A stretch of DNA of 64,000 nt from Squalus acanthias (Eukaryota), in NCBI GenBank assembly GCA_030390025.1, contig CM059432.1, positions 112,656,001 to 112,720,000 on the forward strand. Reading direction: 5' to 3'. Below the pieces are notes generated by a model. The model did not search any database. It was not told the origin of the DNA and saw only the letters and a program-made list of their open reading frames with translations. Both the position numbers and the translations under genes were made by a program. Positions within the stretch are counted from its first letter, which is position 1. The number at the start of each line of letters is the position of its first letter. Of this stretch, positions 13,241-27,500 are shown piece after piece.

Positions 13241-14093
13241 AAAAATCAGTGGAGGTAAGTTTCTGTGGCAGTTCTTCCAATCATCCACCATAACATCCAG
13301 CATAGGCTTCTCTGGTGTTCCCGTGGCTCTTCTGCTGAAGCTACGGTGGACGAGCATGAAATTCACTTCCAATGTCTTACGATGTCTTTAGCACCCCGGG
13401 TGCAGTGCTTTATGCGTGGGCAGTACATATTGGGAATTTGGATATGTACCTAATTTGCAATCTGTAATAATTTTAATTGATGTAAAATCGTATGGCCTAC
13501 AAATCAGGCACATGCTCGGATACGCAAAGTGCTCCTGGCACATAAAGCTCTGCACCCGAAGAGTTAGAGAAGAAAATTAACCCTGTATGTGTAAGGGAGT
13601 GAATTGATGATCGATTTATTTGATATTAAGATCACTGATTACAATTGGTAACATGTAATGTCAGACAAAGGGTATTACGACTTCATGATGTAGAAACTGA
13701 AGGTTTATTGGGTGATATAACAGGATCTGTAATATTACCAGATTGCTTTTTGAAGTCACTTCTTTCATGAAAATAGTATTTCTTCATTTAGTTAGGCGTG
13801 AAGAATGGCCATGTGTTATACTCATCTCAGTGATGTCATGTGCAAGTGATGGCATGATTCACTTCAATGTGATTTACATCTTTGTGTATGTAAACAAGCA
13901 GAAGAAAACTTTTGCAAAACACTCTTTCATGAAGACAGTGCTCCTTTAAGCACTAGTCTCAGGAAAAAACACTATGCTGTTTACTGTATATACAGGAACT
14001 TGGCATAACTGGGTGTGATCACTGGTGCTGAATCTTCCTGGGGTGCAGTTCCATGGATGTGCCTGTTACGTCACCCAAGTGGTCATTCCTCAT

Positions 14094-15788
14094 AACAACA
14101 GAAAACGCTGGAAAAACTCAGCAGGCCAGGCAGCATCCGTGGAGAGAGAAACAGAGTTAACGTTTCAGGTCGAAGACCTTTCGTCAGAACTGGAAAAAAG
14201 CAGGAAATGGAATAGATTTTAAAGCAGGTTTAGGGGCTGGAAAATGGGGGAGGGGATGAAAGAACAAAAGGGAAGGTCAGTGATAGGATAGAAAGCAGGA
14301 GAGATTAAGAGACATTGAGAGACATTAGAGATATTCAAGGCAAGAGGAGGTGGTAATGTGACAGGTTAAGGAACAAAGGATGGCTCTAGATGAAGTGTGA
14401 ATTGTGCTGGCAGAATGAAGGACAGCTCGCATGTGGGAGGGAAGAAAAAAAGGCCAAACAAAAAGTGTGGATAAAAAAAATATATATGTGATAGGGGCCG
14501 AGGTTATGATCTGAAATTGTTGAACTCTATGTTGAGTCCAGAGGGCTGTAGAGTGCCTAATCGAAAGATGAGGTGCTGTTCCTCGAGCTTACGCTGAGCT
14601 TCCGTGGAACAATGCAAGAGGCCGAGGACGGTGAGGTCTGAGTGGGAGTGAAGCGGTGACTGAACGGAGGTGTTCCACAAAGCGGTCACCCAATCTGCGT
14701 TTGGTCTCCCCAATGTAGAGGAGACCACATCGTGAGCAGCGAATACAGTATACTAAATTGTAAGAAGTACAAGTAAATCGCTGTTTCACTTGGAAGGGGT
14801 GTTTGGGGCCCTGGACAGTGGGAAGGGGGGAGGTATAAGGGCAGGTGTTGCATCTCCTGCGCTTGCACGGGAAGGTGCCGGGCAAAGGGGAAGGGGTGCT
14901 GGGGGTGATGGAGGAGTGGACTAGGGTGTCGCGGAGGGAGCGGTCCCTACGGAATGCTGAAAGGGGAGGTGAGGGGAAGATGCGTTTGGTGGTGGGATCA
15001 CGCTGGAGGTGGCGGAAATGGCGGAGGAAGATCCGTTGAATGTGGAGGCTGGTGGGGTGAAAGGTGAGGACAAGGGGAACCCTATAGTGGTTCCGGGAGG
15101 GAGGGGCAGGGGTGAGGGCAGAAGTGCGGGAGATAGAACGGACACGGTTGAGGGCCGTGTCAACCACCGTAGAGGGGAATCCTTGGTTGAGGAAAAAGGA
15201 AGACATGTCGGAAGCACTGGTATGGAAGGTGGCATCGTCAGAGCAGATGCGGCGGCAACGGAGAAACTGGGAGAATGGAATAGAGTCCTTACAGGAGGCG
15301 GGGTGGGAGGAAGTGTAGTCCAGATAGCTGTGGGAGTCAGTGGGCTTGTAGTGAATGTTTGTCAATAACCTATCCCCAGAGATGGAGACGGAGAAGTCGA
15401 GGAAGGGAAGGGAAGGGAAGGGAAGAGTCAGAGATGGACCATGTGAAGGTGAGGGAAGGGTGGAAATTGGAAGCAAAGTGAATGAAATTTTCTAGTTCAG
15501 GGCGAGAGCAGGAAACGGCACCGATACAGTCATCAATGTACCAGAAAAAGAGGTGAGGGAGGGGCCCCGAGTAGGACTGGAACAAAGAGTGTTCCACATA
15601 TCCCACGAAAAGGCAGGCATAGCTAGGACCCATGCGGGTACCCATAGCAACACCTTTGATTTGGAGGAAATGAGTGGAATCAAAGGAGAAGTTGTTCAAT
15701 GTGAGAACAAGTTCAGCCAGGCGGAAGAGGGTGGTGGTGGATGGGGACTGGTTGGGCCTCTGTTCAAGGAAGAAGCGGAGCGCCCTCA
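14094..15788 (-). mobile_element. Penelope-like retroelement, 5'-truncated (RT plus GIY-YIG endonuclease)
   Basis: GVAMGTRMGPSYA, YIDD, FLD, HYKPT (PLE RT) and NLVYCIRC...LYIGETKR (GIY-YIG); TSD GG(T/C)CATTCCTCAT at 14081-14093 and 15789-15801. Confidence 0.92.
14155..14191 (-). ncRNA. Minimal type I hammerhead ribozyme (PLE family A)
   Basis: Reverse complement AGUU-CUGACGA-A-AGGUC-UUC-GACCU-GAA-ACGU-U-AACU: intact core, stem I AGUU/AACU, stem II, palindromic ACGU stem III. Confidence 0.8.
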
Positions 15789-17282
15789 GGCCATTCCTCA
15801 TGTGTGAACCGAGACACTTTGGCAGTTTATTAGACCATGGAGGACATCACAGCTGTGTCGATTCTTGTACTGTCGTATGCAAATTCCAGCAAGAGTCAGT
15901 GGATAGTGATAAGGAATGGGAACTCTGGCAGAATTTTGTTTTCATCCCCTCCACAGACCAGAGATTGAATTTGAGACTTTCCTGGTTTGTATGGCTCAGT
16001 CTCACATCCAGCTGTATATTTACTGACTGAGCTATCAAGGCATGGGCAGGAATCTAATCGAGTTTCAGAAGGCATATGAGATTGAACCTCGAGAATAGAT
16101 TGCAAGCTTGAAATTTCTCACTGGGCAGTTGTTATAGAAACTTTCAATTTTCTATGGGGCTTTCATCCAGATTTTGTGTGGATCAATGCTGTCATTGCAG
16201 ATTCTGCATGTCATTCCTGCAGGTTTGTTCAACGCTGACATGCAGTTGGGTACTGTGCAGTATGCGATATAAAGTGATAAAATGTTGCTGTGTTATTTCC
16301 GGATCAAGCGATGAAGCCCGTGCTGGCTTGATGCGCAGCCCTCTTGTCCCTTTCTCCCTGAAGTCCCGATTTTTCTAACTTTATCTTCTTTCACTTTTTT
16401 TTTGATCTGACAGGTTCATTTTTTAATTGCCACTTCCTGTGCATTGCCACTTTGTGAGTTTTCTTAACCTTAGCTATCTCTGCACAGATTCACCTCATTG
16501 CCATTTTCTTGTCAGTTTAGGTTAATCACACATCAAGGGGCAGGCTCAAAAAGACATTTAAATAGGAGCTTTCCAAACCATTAATTCTGATTCCAATTTA
16601 GGATTTTCATACGTTATTCACCCTCTCCCGTTTTTGAAACCTGTAGGGTTTTGTGACGAAACCTAATTTGCTACAAGACAAGCAGTGACACAGAGTGCAC
16701 CAAATGAAAACAGTGGAGGGGAATTTTAATGTGGGTGAGCGTGCGGGTTTGGGTGCGAGTGGGGGGGGGGCGTTAAGACATGAAAAAATGCAAGCGCGTC
16801 GGAAGCCGGCTCCAGCCTGCTAACTTCCGCATTTAACTTCAGCGTGTTAGGCTGTGTGGGCCTCGGGAAAGGCGGGTTGTCAATTTCAATGTTACTCGCT
16901 CAGTTACAGCGATATTAACATGGCTTTTGCAATTTAACTGTGGGTCCACGGGTTTCCTGGGCTTCCTGGAATTCGCCAGTGAAAACAAGGCGAGAACACA
17001 GCGACGCTGAAGACATGACAGGGAAATATGCCAATAAGTACTGACACCTCACAGCTGCTTTCTTGCCTGCTTGTGTGAAAAGCTCAGCAGAGAGGTGCAG
17101 CTCACAAGAGGCCATACCCGGCACACAGGGTCTACAGGCAGAGGATAAGCTTCCTCGATGTGTCGGAACACCAGTGTCTGAGGAGACTCAGAGTGTCGTG
17201 ACAGGTGGTGGTAGACATTTGCAGCCTGTTGGAACAAGACCTGCTGCCAGGTGGACCTGGTGGCCACACTTCAATCGGCATA

Positions 17283-17632
17283 TAGAAACATAGAACAGTA
17301 CAGCACAGTACAGGCCCTTCAGCCCTCGATGTTGTGCCGAGCATTGTCCGAGACCAAGATCAAGCTATCACGCTCCCTATCACTCTGGTGTGCTCCATGT
17401 GCTTATCCAATAACCGCTTGAAAGTTCCTAAAGTGTCCGACTCCACTATCACAGCAGGCAGTCCATTCCACACCCCAACCACTCTCTGAGTAAAGAATCT
17501 ACCTCGGACATCCCTTCTATATCTCCCCCCATGCACCTTATAGTTATGCCCCCTTGTAACAGCTGCCTCTACCCGAGGAAATAGTCTCTGAACATCCACT
17601 CTATCTATCCCCCTCATCATCTTATAAACCTC
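17283..17632 (-). mobile_element. Young CR1 (HER1-like) 3' fragment inside the Harbinger
   Basis: Near-identical reverse complement of 38550-38897. Confidence 0.88.
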
Positions 17633-17644
17633 TAAACCTGTTGA

Positions 17645-19253
17645 AGATGTGCTTCAGGTGCCTGGACAGATCTGGAGGAGCCCTTCAATACGCACCAGCC
17701 AGAGTCTCCAGAATGGTCGTGGTGTGCTGCGCTCTGCACAACATTGCATAGCAGCGCGGTTTGGATCTGCAAGAGGAACAGGGCCCACAGCACTGTTTGG
17801 AGAGCTGGAGAATACTTTGCTGCAGATCAGTGGGGCGATGAAATGCCAAGGCAAGGGTATCATTCATTCTATTTAAGGTGGCAGTCATAGTGTGCAAGCC
17901 ATTGGTGAGGGCCTGCATGCACTCGTTTGATTACCACGTTTGATGCTCCATGCACTCTTTCCGTGGATGAAGACATCATCGCAAAGGCCTGCGACATCAT
18001 GCCACTCATGCTTGAGACGGACTCCTCCAATCTTTCTGCAAGCGTGCACACTGCGGCTGGAATGCCAGCCAGTACATCGAATATTCTATGCTGCTGTTCC
18101 AGAAGTACGCTGTTCTTCGACAGCCCCCGAGGTACAGCATATGTGTCCAGATATGCAGAGCTTGGAGCGTCCTGCGGCCTCTGACGCGAACTCTCCACTG
18201 CTGTCCCTGTCTCCACCATCTACACTTGCTCACTTGTGATGTGTGAGTCACCAACTATCTGCCTTACCGGTCCCACTGAAGTGTCAGTATCTGAGAGATG
18301 TTCCTGTGACAGTGCACCCTCAGAGGGAGTGCCCTCCTCTGAGGAGTCGTTGTCGTACTCCTGGACCACCTCCTGCGGGACACTTGAAGGCCCTGTGGGA
18401 GAGTAAAGACATGAATTAGAATTGTCAAGGTGAGAATGTTTTAATTGATCATTATGTGCGCGATCATATTCCACTCGCTGCTGACATCAAGTCAACATGA
18501 GTGAGTGTTGTATGCTTTGTGGCTGTCTGATATTTAATTCTGTCACCAGGTAGTATCTGAGGTAGGCCCCCATCTCCCCATCTCTGACGGTCAGGCACCC
18601 CAAGGCTCCACTTATGTCCAGCATCGCCTCCTCTGCAGCTGTCAGTTGCGAGATGGCTGGAGGGCCACCTCCAGTTCTCTGCCTCTCTCTCGTGTTCGGT
18701 GCTCTCTTCTCCTGCAAGGGGGGAAAGAAGAGACCTATGAGTGAGAGTAATGACATGTGTTGAAGGGATGGATGGAGAGCATTTGTTGAGGGTGACTATG
18801 AGGGAGAGGCATGACATTGCATAAGGATGAGGGTGAGTGTCAGTGGTGGATGTCAGTGGTGGATGTCCAGGAAGTGCATAGACAGAGAGGGATGGGTGTA
18901 CCTGCAAGCTAAGTGGGTGTGAGGAGTGATGTGCTGGAGTAGGCTTGAGAAGGCAGAGTGAAGGTTGGCGTGATGTGCACATTAGGATGTAGGTGAATGT
19001 GCCACTGTGCTCACCTTTCCTGTGCTGCTTAGGTCATTAAACCGCTTTCGGCATTGAATCCACGAGCGTGGCACCACAGTTCTGCTGCTCACCTCATGGG
19101 CAACCTCCAGCCATGCTTTCTTCATTTCACCTGCAGGCTTCTTCCTCCCATAGTAGGGAAGAGTATCTCCCTGCGGGCCCTTACAGCCCTCAGCAGTACA
19201 TCCAGGGAGGAATCATTAAAACGAGGCGCAGACTTTGAACGTCTGGACTCCAT
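17645..19253 (-). pseudogene. Harbinger Myb/SANT-like DNA-binding protein, spliced and frameshifted
   Basis: Exon 1 MESRRSKSAPRFNDSSLDVLL...AWLEVAHEVSS...RSWIQCRKRFNDL with GTGAG donor near 19014; exon 2 after ttgcAG near 18711 EKRAPNTRERQRTGGGPP. Confidence 0.8.
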
Positions 19254-20944
19254 TCGGCCAATTCCATCTGCTGTGCTCCCAGCTCCAAACTTCATCAAAT
19301 TGCCTGTTTGGAGTGTCCCTTCAAATACTGAGTTGAAATCGCCTCATGCGGGCCATCATCACGCCCGCTCACGCTAATTGGTCGGGAAACCCGGAAATCG
19401 GATGGTAATGCAGTAGCTGGGTTACAAAGCCACTGACAGACGTGCTGCACTTAGTTCCGAGTTTCCTGCGCGCTACCGGACCCCTCCACTCCCAGCACGT
19501 CGGGAAGTTAAAATCCAGCCCAATTCAACTGATCAGAGAGTATACCATTTGCACCATTTTTTCCCTCGGTTGACAGTTTTCATTGGATCTGTTTATACAC
19601 AAGCCTGCTTGCCTCCACCAGCTTAGTCAGAGGTAAGTGTTCACAGCTCCCTACAAACAGATAAAGTAATCAGAATTTTCAAACAAAACATATACAATAG
19701 GCTGTGTTACAAGCTGGGCCTTCAGTATAATCAAAACCACATAAAAACCTCCTTGCAAAAATAAGTGGCTAATTTTTTTAACATAGTGATTGACACGAAA
19801 ACACTTCATCTTGAACATTTCTCTGAAGAAACATAGACCCGTTCCCTGGAGTGAAGGCTTGATATTGGCATGTACTGCCCACTTTATAAATCTCTCCTTT
19901 GTTTTTTTCTGAGGGGAGGACAGAAAATTGAAAGTGAAAATAAAAGGGACGGGCTCCACTGTCTCTGCAATAAAATGGGCTGTTGTGCAATAGTTTGTGA
20001 AACTGCATGTCTCTCTTTACTGCACAAAGGGTCAGGCCCCGGGGCTCACAGAGACTGCGTGGTAGACGGTGGTTTGCAAGATTCTGAACTCTGTAAATTA
20101 ATCTTAATTGTGTTGTTGCAAATTGAGTTGGGTGAAAAGCATTTTGGTCCCCATGTAGATGAGACTGACCCTTTAAGAAAAGCAGTTATGTATCGTGCTG
20201 TTTTTTGAATTGTTTCTCAATGTGGACAGCATCATGTTGTCAGCAATGAGCTGTGTCTCTCTTTGGGCTTGTAGTCTCAGCAGCTGGATGGCAATAAAGA
20301 AGCAGGTGTTTGATTTTTATTCGTGCTTTTGCATTAATGTATGTTTATTTGTATCAGTTCCATTACCGATTAGGAAATTTAGACATCCATTTTCTTTGAA
20401 GAATTAGGTGACTACTAATTGTAAAGATTATTCCAATTTTTTGTGTTCTGTTTTATATAGTGAAAGTAGCACTTTGTTTTATTGAAGGCATTTTTGTCCC
20501 CTGGCCCTCCTTCATATCTCTGTGCCATTCTGGATTCAGTGCCAAGAGAGTAGGCAGGGAATCTATTTCCAAGCCTCTGGCCAATGCTATCTGAAACCAT
20601 CCACTAGGTGGAGCCCAGACAGGAGTCCATATCTGATTTCCCCAATCTCCTTGTGGAGAAATACCTAACCTTTGCTCTGCATTTTCTATACAAAAGCACA
20701 GCTGAGATCATTGACTTGAACATGTGAAGGATCATGGGGGAAAACCCAAGTCAGCACTCAATGGTGCAACACATTGGTGCTCCAATGCACCACACATTAA
20801 AATACATGGACAAACTTTTCACTGTGCCAAACATACTGCAAGCTAGTGAAATTGCCTGTGCAAGCTGCTCCTAACGCTTCTTGAACTAAGCCTGACTGCA
20901 AACTCCTCATGAGGTGAACTTGCACTTCATGAGATGAACTCACC

Positions 20945-21590
20945 TTGTCCATGAGACCCACCTCCTGCTCCCTCAACTCTATTCCCACCAAACTGCTGAC
21001 CACCCAACTTCCCTTCCTGGCCCCCATGTTAGCTGATATTATTAACAGTTTTCCTCTTCTGAAGTACTGTCACCCTCCCTTTCAAATCTGCCTTCATCAC
21101 TCATCTCCTCAAAAAACCCACCCTTGACTCCTCTGTCCTTGCTAACTGCAGCGCCATCTGCTCTCCAAAGTCTTTGAACGTGTTGTCACTTCCCAAATCC
21201 ATGCCCCCCTTTCCTGCAATTCTGTGTTTGAATACCTCCAATCTTGTTTCTGCCCCTGCCACAGTATCGAAATGGCTCTTATCAAAGTCACAAATGACAT
21301 CCTATGTGACTATGGTAAACTATCCCTCCTCATCCTTCTTGACGTGTCTGCAACCTTTAACAAGGTTGACCACACCATCCTCCTCCAACGCCTCTCCTCC
21401 GTCGTCCAGCTGGGTGGGACTGCCCTCGCCTGGTTCCATTGTTATCTATGGACTCCTAGCCAGAGAATCACCTGCAATGGCTTCTCTTCCCGCTCCCGCA
21501 TCGTTACCTCTGGTGTCCCCCAAGGATCTATCCTTGGCCTCCTCCCATCTACATGCTGCCCCTCGGCGACATCATCCGAAAACACCATTC
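20945..21590 (+). mobile_element. L2 LINE RT fragment
   Basis: ALIKVTNDIL, LILLDVSATFNKVDH, SGVPQGSILG. Confidence 0.8.
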
Positions 21591-21605
21591 TGCACCATTT
21601 TTTAA

Positions 21606-23250
21606 GTAAGAAGATCATACGAACATTGCCGGACAGGTAAAGACCCTCTGGTCCATTCAACCTGTCCCACACAATTGTGATACCTTGTGCATCACAACAT
21701 ATACACTCCACACCCTACCTGAAACCATGTGATCTCCTGGGAGAGGCAAAAAAACAGGTAAAAAAACCCAGGCCAATTTGTGGAAATTCCTCTCCGCTCC
21801 ATCTAGGCGATCAAAACTAGTCCTGGAGATCACTCTGACCCTGAATTCCCTACAGTACCTTGCTTCTGTAAGAGGTGATCTCCGCCCCAGCCAGAAACAG
21901 GGCCAGCTCTCGCTTGAAGGAATTCAGCGACTCAGCATCCACCGCACAAGACGACAGCCTGTTCCAGAGGGCCACTATTCTCTGGGAAAAGAACCACCTC
22001 CTGATATCTAAACTAGATCTGGCCTTATACAACTTAAAATTGTTATCCCTGGACCTCCCTAACCTATTTAATTGAAACAAACTGTCAACTGGAACACAAT
22101 CTATTCCCTTCAGAATCTTTTAAACCTCAATCAGATCCCCCCCTAAGTCTGCACTTCTCTAAAGTGTAGAGTCCCAACTCTCTTAGCCTATCTTGTTAAC
22201 TAAGATGCTTTATACTGGGAATTAGTCCAGTGGCTCCTCCTCTGCACCCTTTCCAAAGCCTCAATATCACCCACCATGTGAGGAGGCTAAAACTGGACAC
22301 AGTATTCCAAGTGAGGCCTGACCAAGGTCTTGTACAAGGACAAAATAGTATGCCTCGTCTTGTACTCAATTGTCCTATGGATACACCCCAACACCCTATT
22401 TGCTCTAGCTATCACTTCATGGCATTGTTCATGTACCTTTAGAGATCTATGTACTAGAACGCCCAAATCTCTTTCTGTCTCCACTTTCTTTAATGCTTTT
22501 TCCTGAAGGGTGTATGAATGTTGAGCATTTGCCCTGCCCACATGCATAACACTGCACTTATCCAAGTTTTACATAATTTGCCAGTGATGAGCCCAATCTC
22601 CCAACACATTAAGATCTGCCTGAAGCAGATGGGCATCGTCTATAGACCTAACACTCGCACAGATCCGCAAATTTGCAGATCGTGCCCCCAACACCTACAT
22701 CCAGATCATTAATAAAAATAGTAAAGAGTAACGGTCCCAACACCAATCCCTGTGGGGCACTACTGGTGACCGGTCTCCAAACAGATCCAAATCCATCTAT
22801 AACTACTTCTTGGCTATGTCCTACCAGCCAGTTCTCAATCCAGCTCAATATATTACCACTAATACCGGAGGCTTCGATCTTACAGTGAAGACTCTTGTGC
22901 GGTACCTTATCAAAAACTTTTTGGAAGTCTAAGTAGACAATGTCTACTGGACTTCCCTCATCCACCAACTTTGTAACTTCTACAAAAAATACAATTAGAT
23001 TTGTAAAACATGACCTTTTTATGAAGCCATGTTGGGTGTCCCTAATATGTCTCTCTCTATCCAAGCATTGATATATGGCATCCCTAATGATTCCCTCAAG
23101 CATCTTACCTATTACTGATGTTAAACTAATGGGTCTGAAGTCACCAGATCTGTCTTGTCACATTTTTTAAAGATGGGGACTACATTAACCTCCTTCCAGT
23201 CTACAGGAATCATTCCAGAGTGCAGTGAGCTATTAAAAATACAGGCTAGG
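21606..23250 (-). mobile_element. CR1 LINE 3' part
   Basis: [37 protein letters not shown] on the minus strand. Confidence 0.87.
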
Positions 23251-24169
23251 GGCTCACACAGCACGTATCCCATGATAATGCAGAAATCATTAACAATGCT
23301 GCTGATTTTTCTAATTCTACTTCATTTGCCTCAGCCTTATAATGTATCTTTGTCCACTATTGTAAGGTGGATCGCAAAATCCTGCCACTACTCATAGCCA
23401 TGATTGTGACTCCAGTGATTCCTAGATTGTTAGAAGAATTAATTCCCCTGATCATGTTCAACTAAGTGGGTAAATATATGAAATACAAAATGATCTTTTA
23501 AAATTGTACATTATTACCACTCAAGGTAGATACCTTTTGGTTTGATTTAATATGATTTCTTCAGGGCACAATTGTTTCAATTTCTTTTTAATGTTTCAGC
23601 ATTCTCTCTTTAAGGCATCCCGATGCTGAACACAATAGGAGTGAGCTGATTCCAGGTTTCTTCCTGTGCTGTTCTATATCTGAGGAACTCGATGTGTAGG
23701 GAATCGCTAGTGTAAGGCATGACTTACGACACTAGGGTCGAATGCATATCTTCTGATACACCAGGCTGCCACTAGACTAGGGCCATGTTTTTCCTTAAAG
23801 CTCAAAGTGAGGGTTTGAAAAGAAAAAATGTAATTTGGCCCATCAAGACCGTTCCTTCCACTACCAATGTACAATCTGCTCTTTCCTACCCAATCCATTT
23901 AATCTCCAAAGGAAAGCTTCTGCAAAGTTTCTTCCTGGCCCAAAGGTAAATCCAGCAAAACTTCAGAATACCTGTCCAGCCTCACATACTACATTTCCAC
24001 ATGGGTTGCATTCTTTTGCATGACGTTTCCTGTAACCATCATATTAAGCTGCTTGCACCTACATTATACATCGTTCAATCATCTCTGTCTGCTTTTATCA
24101 TTATGACCTTTAATCTTGCTCTTACCCGGTTATCAAATGATCTATAGGAAAGAAAGATGTTCTAATCCT

Positions 24170-24593
24170 ATCTTTTTGGAGACTTTCTCCCCTCTTCTCC
24201 TGAAGGCATTGACTCCCACTGGAATACAGTTCAATGTACAGAAGCCCTCCAGAATCTCACTGATTTAGCTATTCTTCATTGTGAGCCTAAGCAGTGAGGA
24301 TCAGCAGGTTATATATACCGTCATGAAAGGAATTGCAGCCAAGCCTGATCCCATCCTCACCTGGCATCCACACATGCACCCTTCGCAACAGAGTTTGTGA
24401 AATAACAATGAAAAATTTGAACTCTGGCTGATTTGCCTCTCCCTAGCCCAGGGCCACTTAGGCCAACTGTCAAGCCCCAACTGCAGTCTTTGCAGAGATC
24501 AAGCAACTTGTATCAGGGCTTGAACTTGGGAACTGCATGAAGTACATAGTGCAGTACCACCCCGGGTAGTGTATTTACCCACTGAGTCATCAG
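24170..24593 (-). mobile_element. Old tRNA-derived SINE (related pieces near 26690-26830, 27890-27990, 33620-34180, 60155-60290)
   Basis: Reverse complement begins CTGATGACTCAGTGGGTAAA (A-box-like), followed by AGTTCAAGCCC (B-box-like); body recurs elsewhere in the window. Confidence 0.5.
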
Positions 24594-27500
24594 TGGAGTA
24601 TTTTGTGTCTTCTAGCTGGGTTACAGCTAGAGTTATAACAAGGTCTAGCAAGATTCTCCTCCAGGAGCACAGCCTCGCTGAATTTGTTCTTTATATCCTG
24701 ATATGGTAAAGCGAAAGAAATCCTGTTATTCTGTCTGCAGATTCAGCCTTTTGTGTTCAATGAGTGTTCACTATGATTAAACAAGCTCATTCCCCTGAAT
24801 CTTTCTTGATTATCATGTTTTACTGTTATGACAGTAGAAGAAAAACAGACAACATGTTTATTATGGCACTATTCTGCACCAGGAGGCTTAGAGCAGTGGC
24901 CTACCATCTGTCCTTTTTTACCACCCTTCCAAATTTACCAGCCACCTTATCTTTCTCACTGCCTGATTTCATGAAGAGATAAATCTAGATTTAGGAAATA
25001 TTTGTGTTTAATGTGTTAACGTACAAGCATTCATAATAACAGGAACTGCAGTCAAACTAACAAAGAATTCAGTAACTCCTTAAATATCAGTCTGACTGGC
25101 CACAACTGCTTTGCATGTTGGTATGTCGTAGTATATTGTGAGATTATTCATGCACATATCTCCAATCTCCAATCTTGACCACGGCAGTGAGCTTGATCAA
25201 GGATAAAAGACCCAAACAGACAGCTCAAGAGCAGCAACAGCAGAAGAATGGGTGCAGGTTAGCTGCCTGCCCTTTCAGCCAGGATGTGCTACATGGCCCA
25301 GGGCGAACTAAATCGAGGAACAAAAAAAAAGTAAAGCACAGGGGGCAGCATTGCCAAGGTCGGGCAACTGGAAACAGTGATTTATTTTGAGGAAAAACAG
25401 TGACAGATTGCAGACCAACTGGAACAAAATAGAGCTGTTTTATTTTAACAGTTAGGCACACAGAAAGAGTCGAGATTTTTTCACAAATAAAAAGTGAACG
25501 TCACTGAAAATACACAAATCTCAATAGGTCTGGGGAATCAGTATTATCTTTGTATAAATATCTGAGATATGTGTATATTTGTGGAGAATACTCACATATA
25601 TCACAATTATGAATCCCTTAATATTGTGAAATTAAATTCTTTGAGATTAAGGAAGTACTCTGTCACCCAACACCAGATCAAAATGATTCAAAGAGAGTTT
25701 GAAGTTCAATGCAAGACTCCCATGGGAATGAGTCTTATTGAGCATGGAGAACTAAAGCATTATTAACTACTTCACAATGGCACAGTCTATTTTAATTCAT
25801 CTAAATCTGTAAGTTATAGTGAATTTGAAAAATAACAGAATAAGGGCAGAGGTGTATCTGGACATGATTACTACTTTTCTTTGAAGCACTGAACAATCCA
25901 TTCATTTCGAGTACCTCAGCTCATTTTCCTTCACCTTATGTCATATTTACAAGAAAAATACCTTTCAATATTCCAGCGTGGGTTTTTGTCAGGGAGAGTG
26001 GGTAGCACTGATTTGTTGACAGAGTACTTGGAAACAATAATATTTGCAATCTACCCTCCCTCATCTGGTAGTCACTTTTTGTAAAAAGGCAACAAAATAT
26101 ATTCCCTATGAGTCCTGAAAAGGTTTGTTTTACAGACAGGTCAGTGGTTAGAATTCAGAGATTACTGCAAATCCAGAACAGAAATCCATGCTAATCCGAA
26201 TTAAGTTCGTTCGATCGGTCAGGCCAAAAAAATGCATTGCTCACTCCTGGCTCAGATAAGGTCTCAGATCTTTTTCAGTGTGAGTTCTTTTCTTTAAAGA
26301 CAGGATTCAAACTCTTAGTTGCTGAAATCTTGGAGCAGAAATGATCTTTCACTTTGCTATTGATTTGGAAAATTATGCTTCTAAAAACAAAATGGATAAA
26401 CAGCTCTTGTCACATAAGAGGGAGTGTTAGCATACCACTGCCATTTAATTTTTTTAAGTGGATGAAATAATGTAATTAATTATTGAAATAATACTGAATG
26501 TGTTTTGTAAAAAAAAACTGGCCTAGATATTGCTCCCAGCAGCAGTTCACAGGTACCTCAGTGATCACCTACTGCTTGATCATTTACTGCCAAGAGGAGA
26601 ATCTGGGCCAGCATGTCATAGCCATTTATGCAGTACAATTTATAATACTCCACTTGTCAAGCTGATTGTGGTAACTTTTTTCTAGTTTTCTTCCCTTTAC
26701 TCCCCTCCTCTTGTGAGGGTGTTGACTCAAGCTGGGCTACCATTCCACAGGTCTCTGCCGCCTTCTGATACTGCGCCCTGGGGAATCGGGGTATCATAAC
26801 TGTGTACAATCCTGTGTCTTCATCCAGTAGTAAAATCTGCCCTGGAGTGTTACAGCCCTATTTCCACCCTGCGCTTCTATCTAGTGAGGCTCCACACTGG
26901 CAGCAGAGTCTCATAAATTAACCCTTACCTCTAAACCACAGAGAAACGGGAAAACAATGCATCAATATCCTACACACTGAACAGAATGTAAGTTATTTCC
27001 CCAGTTCCCAGACAGAAGTTTGAGGCAGATCCATGATTTTCAAGTAAAACTTAGCTGTATGGGGGAGCTTTGAACTCTAAGCGTGATAGAGTTAAATACG
27101 GTATCACAAAAGAAAATATTGTCTGTTGGCGAAGATACAAGTAGCATGCTTGAAACTGAGATACATTGATGGAGAGCATGACTATACGTGATGAAGATCT
27201 GTAATGGTTGTCAGTTCCAAATGTAGTACCTGTACCTTTTGCCAACAGACTGTAATATTTTCTTTTGTTGGGACTGTTTTTGACAGGCTATGAACTAGAT
27301 GTTCTATTTTAAAATGTCATTGTGGCCATTGGTTAGCCTCACGAATTAGAATATACAGTCAAATCAGGATTCATAACGAAGGGAGAGTTTTACAGAGTAA
27401 GCTAGGTTTGCTGTGCACCCTGTTACTGCACACAAGAGCCCACAGTATTTGGAAACTATTTTCCTGTTTTAATAAGGAGTCAGCATCCTCTCCATTTGGC

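Larger units (their letters stand above)
14010..16036 (-). mobile_element. Old tRNA-derived SINE, split by a PLE
   Basis: Segments 14010-14093 and 15789-16036 resemble the copy at 24170-24593, with an A-box-like head at the right end. Confidence 0.5.
16715..19521 (-). mobile_element. PIF/Harbinger element, internally deleted, retaining the Myb/SANT gene
   Basis: Right TIR AAAATCCAGCCC, degenerate left TIR GGAGGGGAATTTT, flanks AGT/AAT; short transposase-leader remnant near 17100-17280. Confidence 0.75.
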
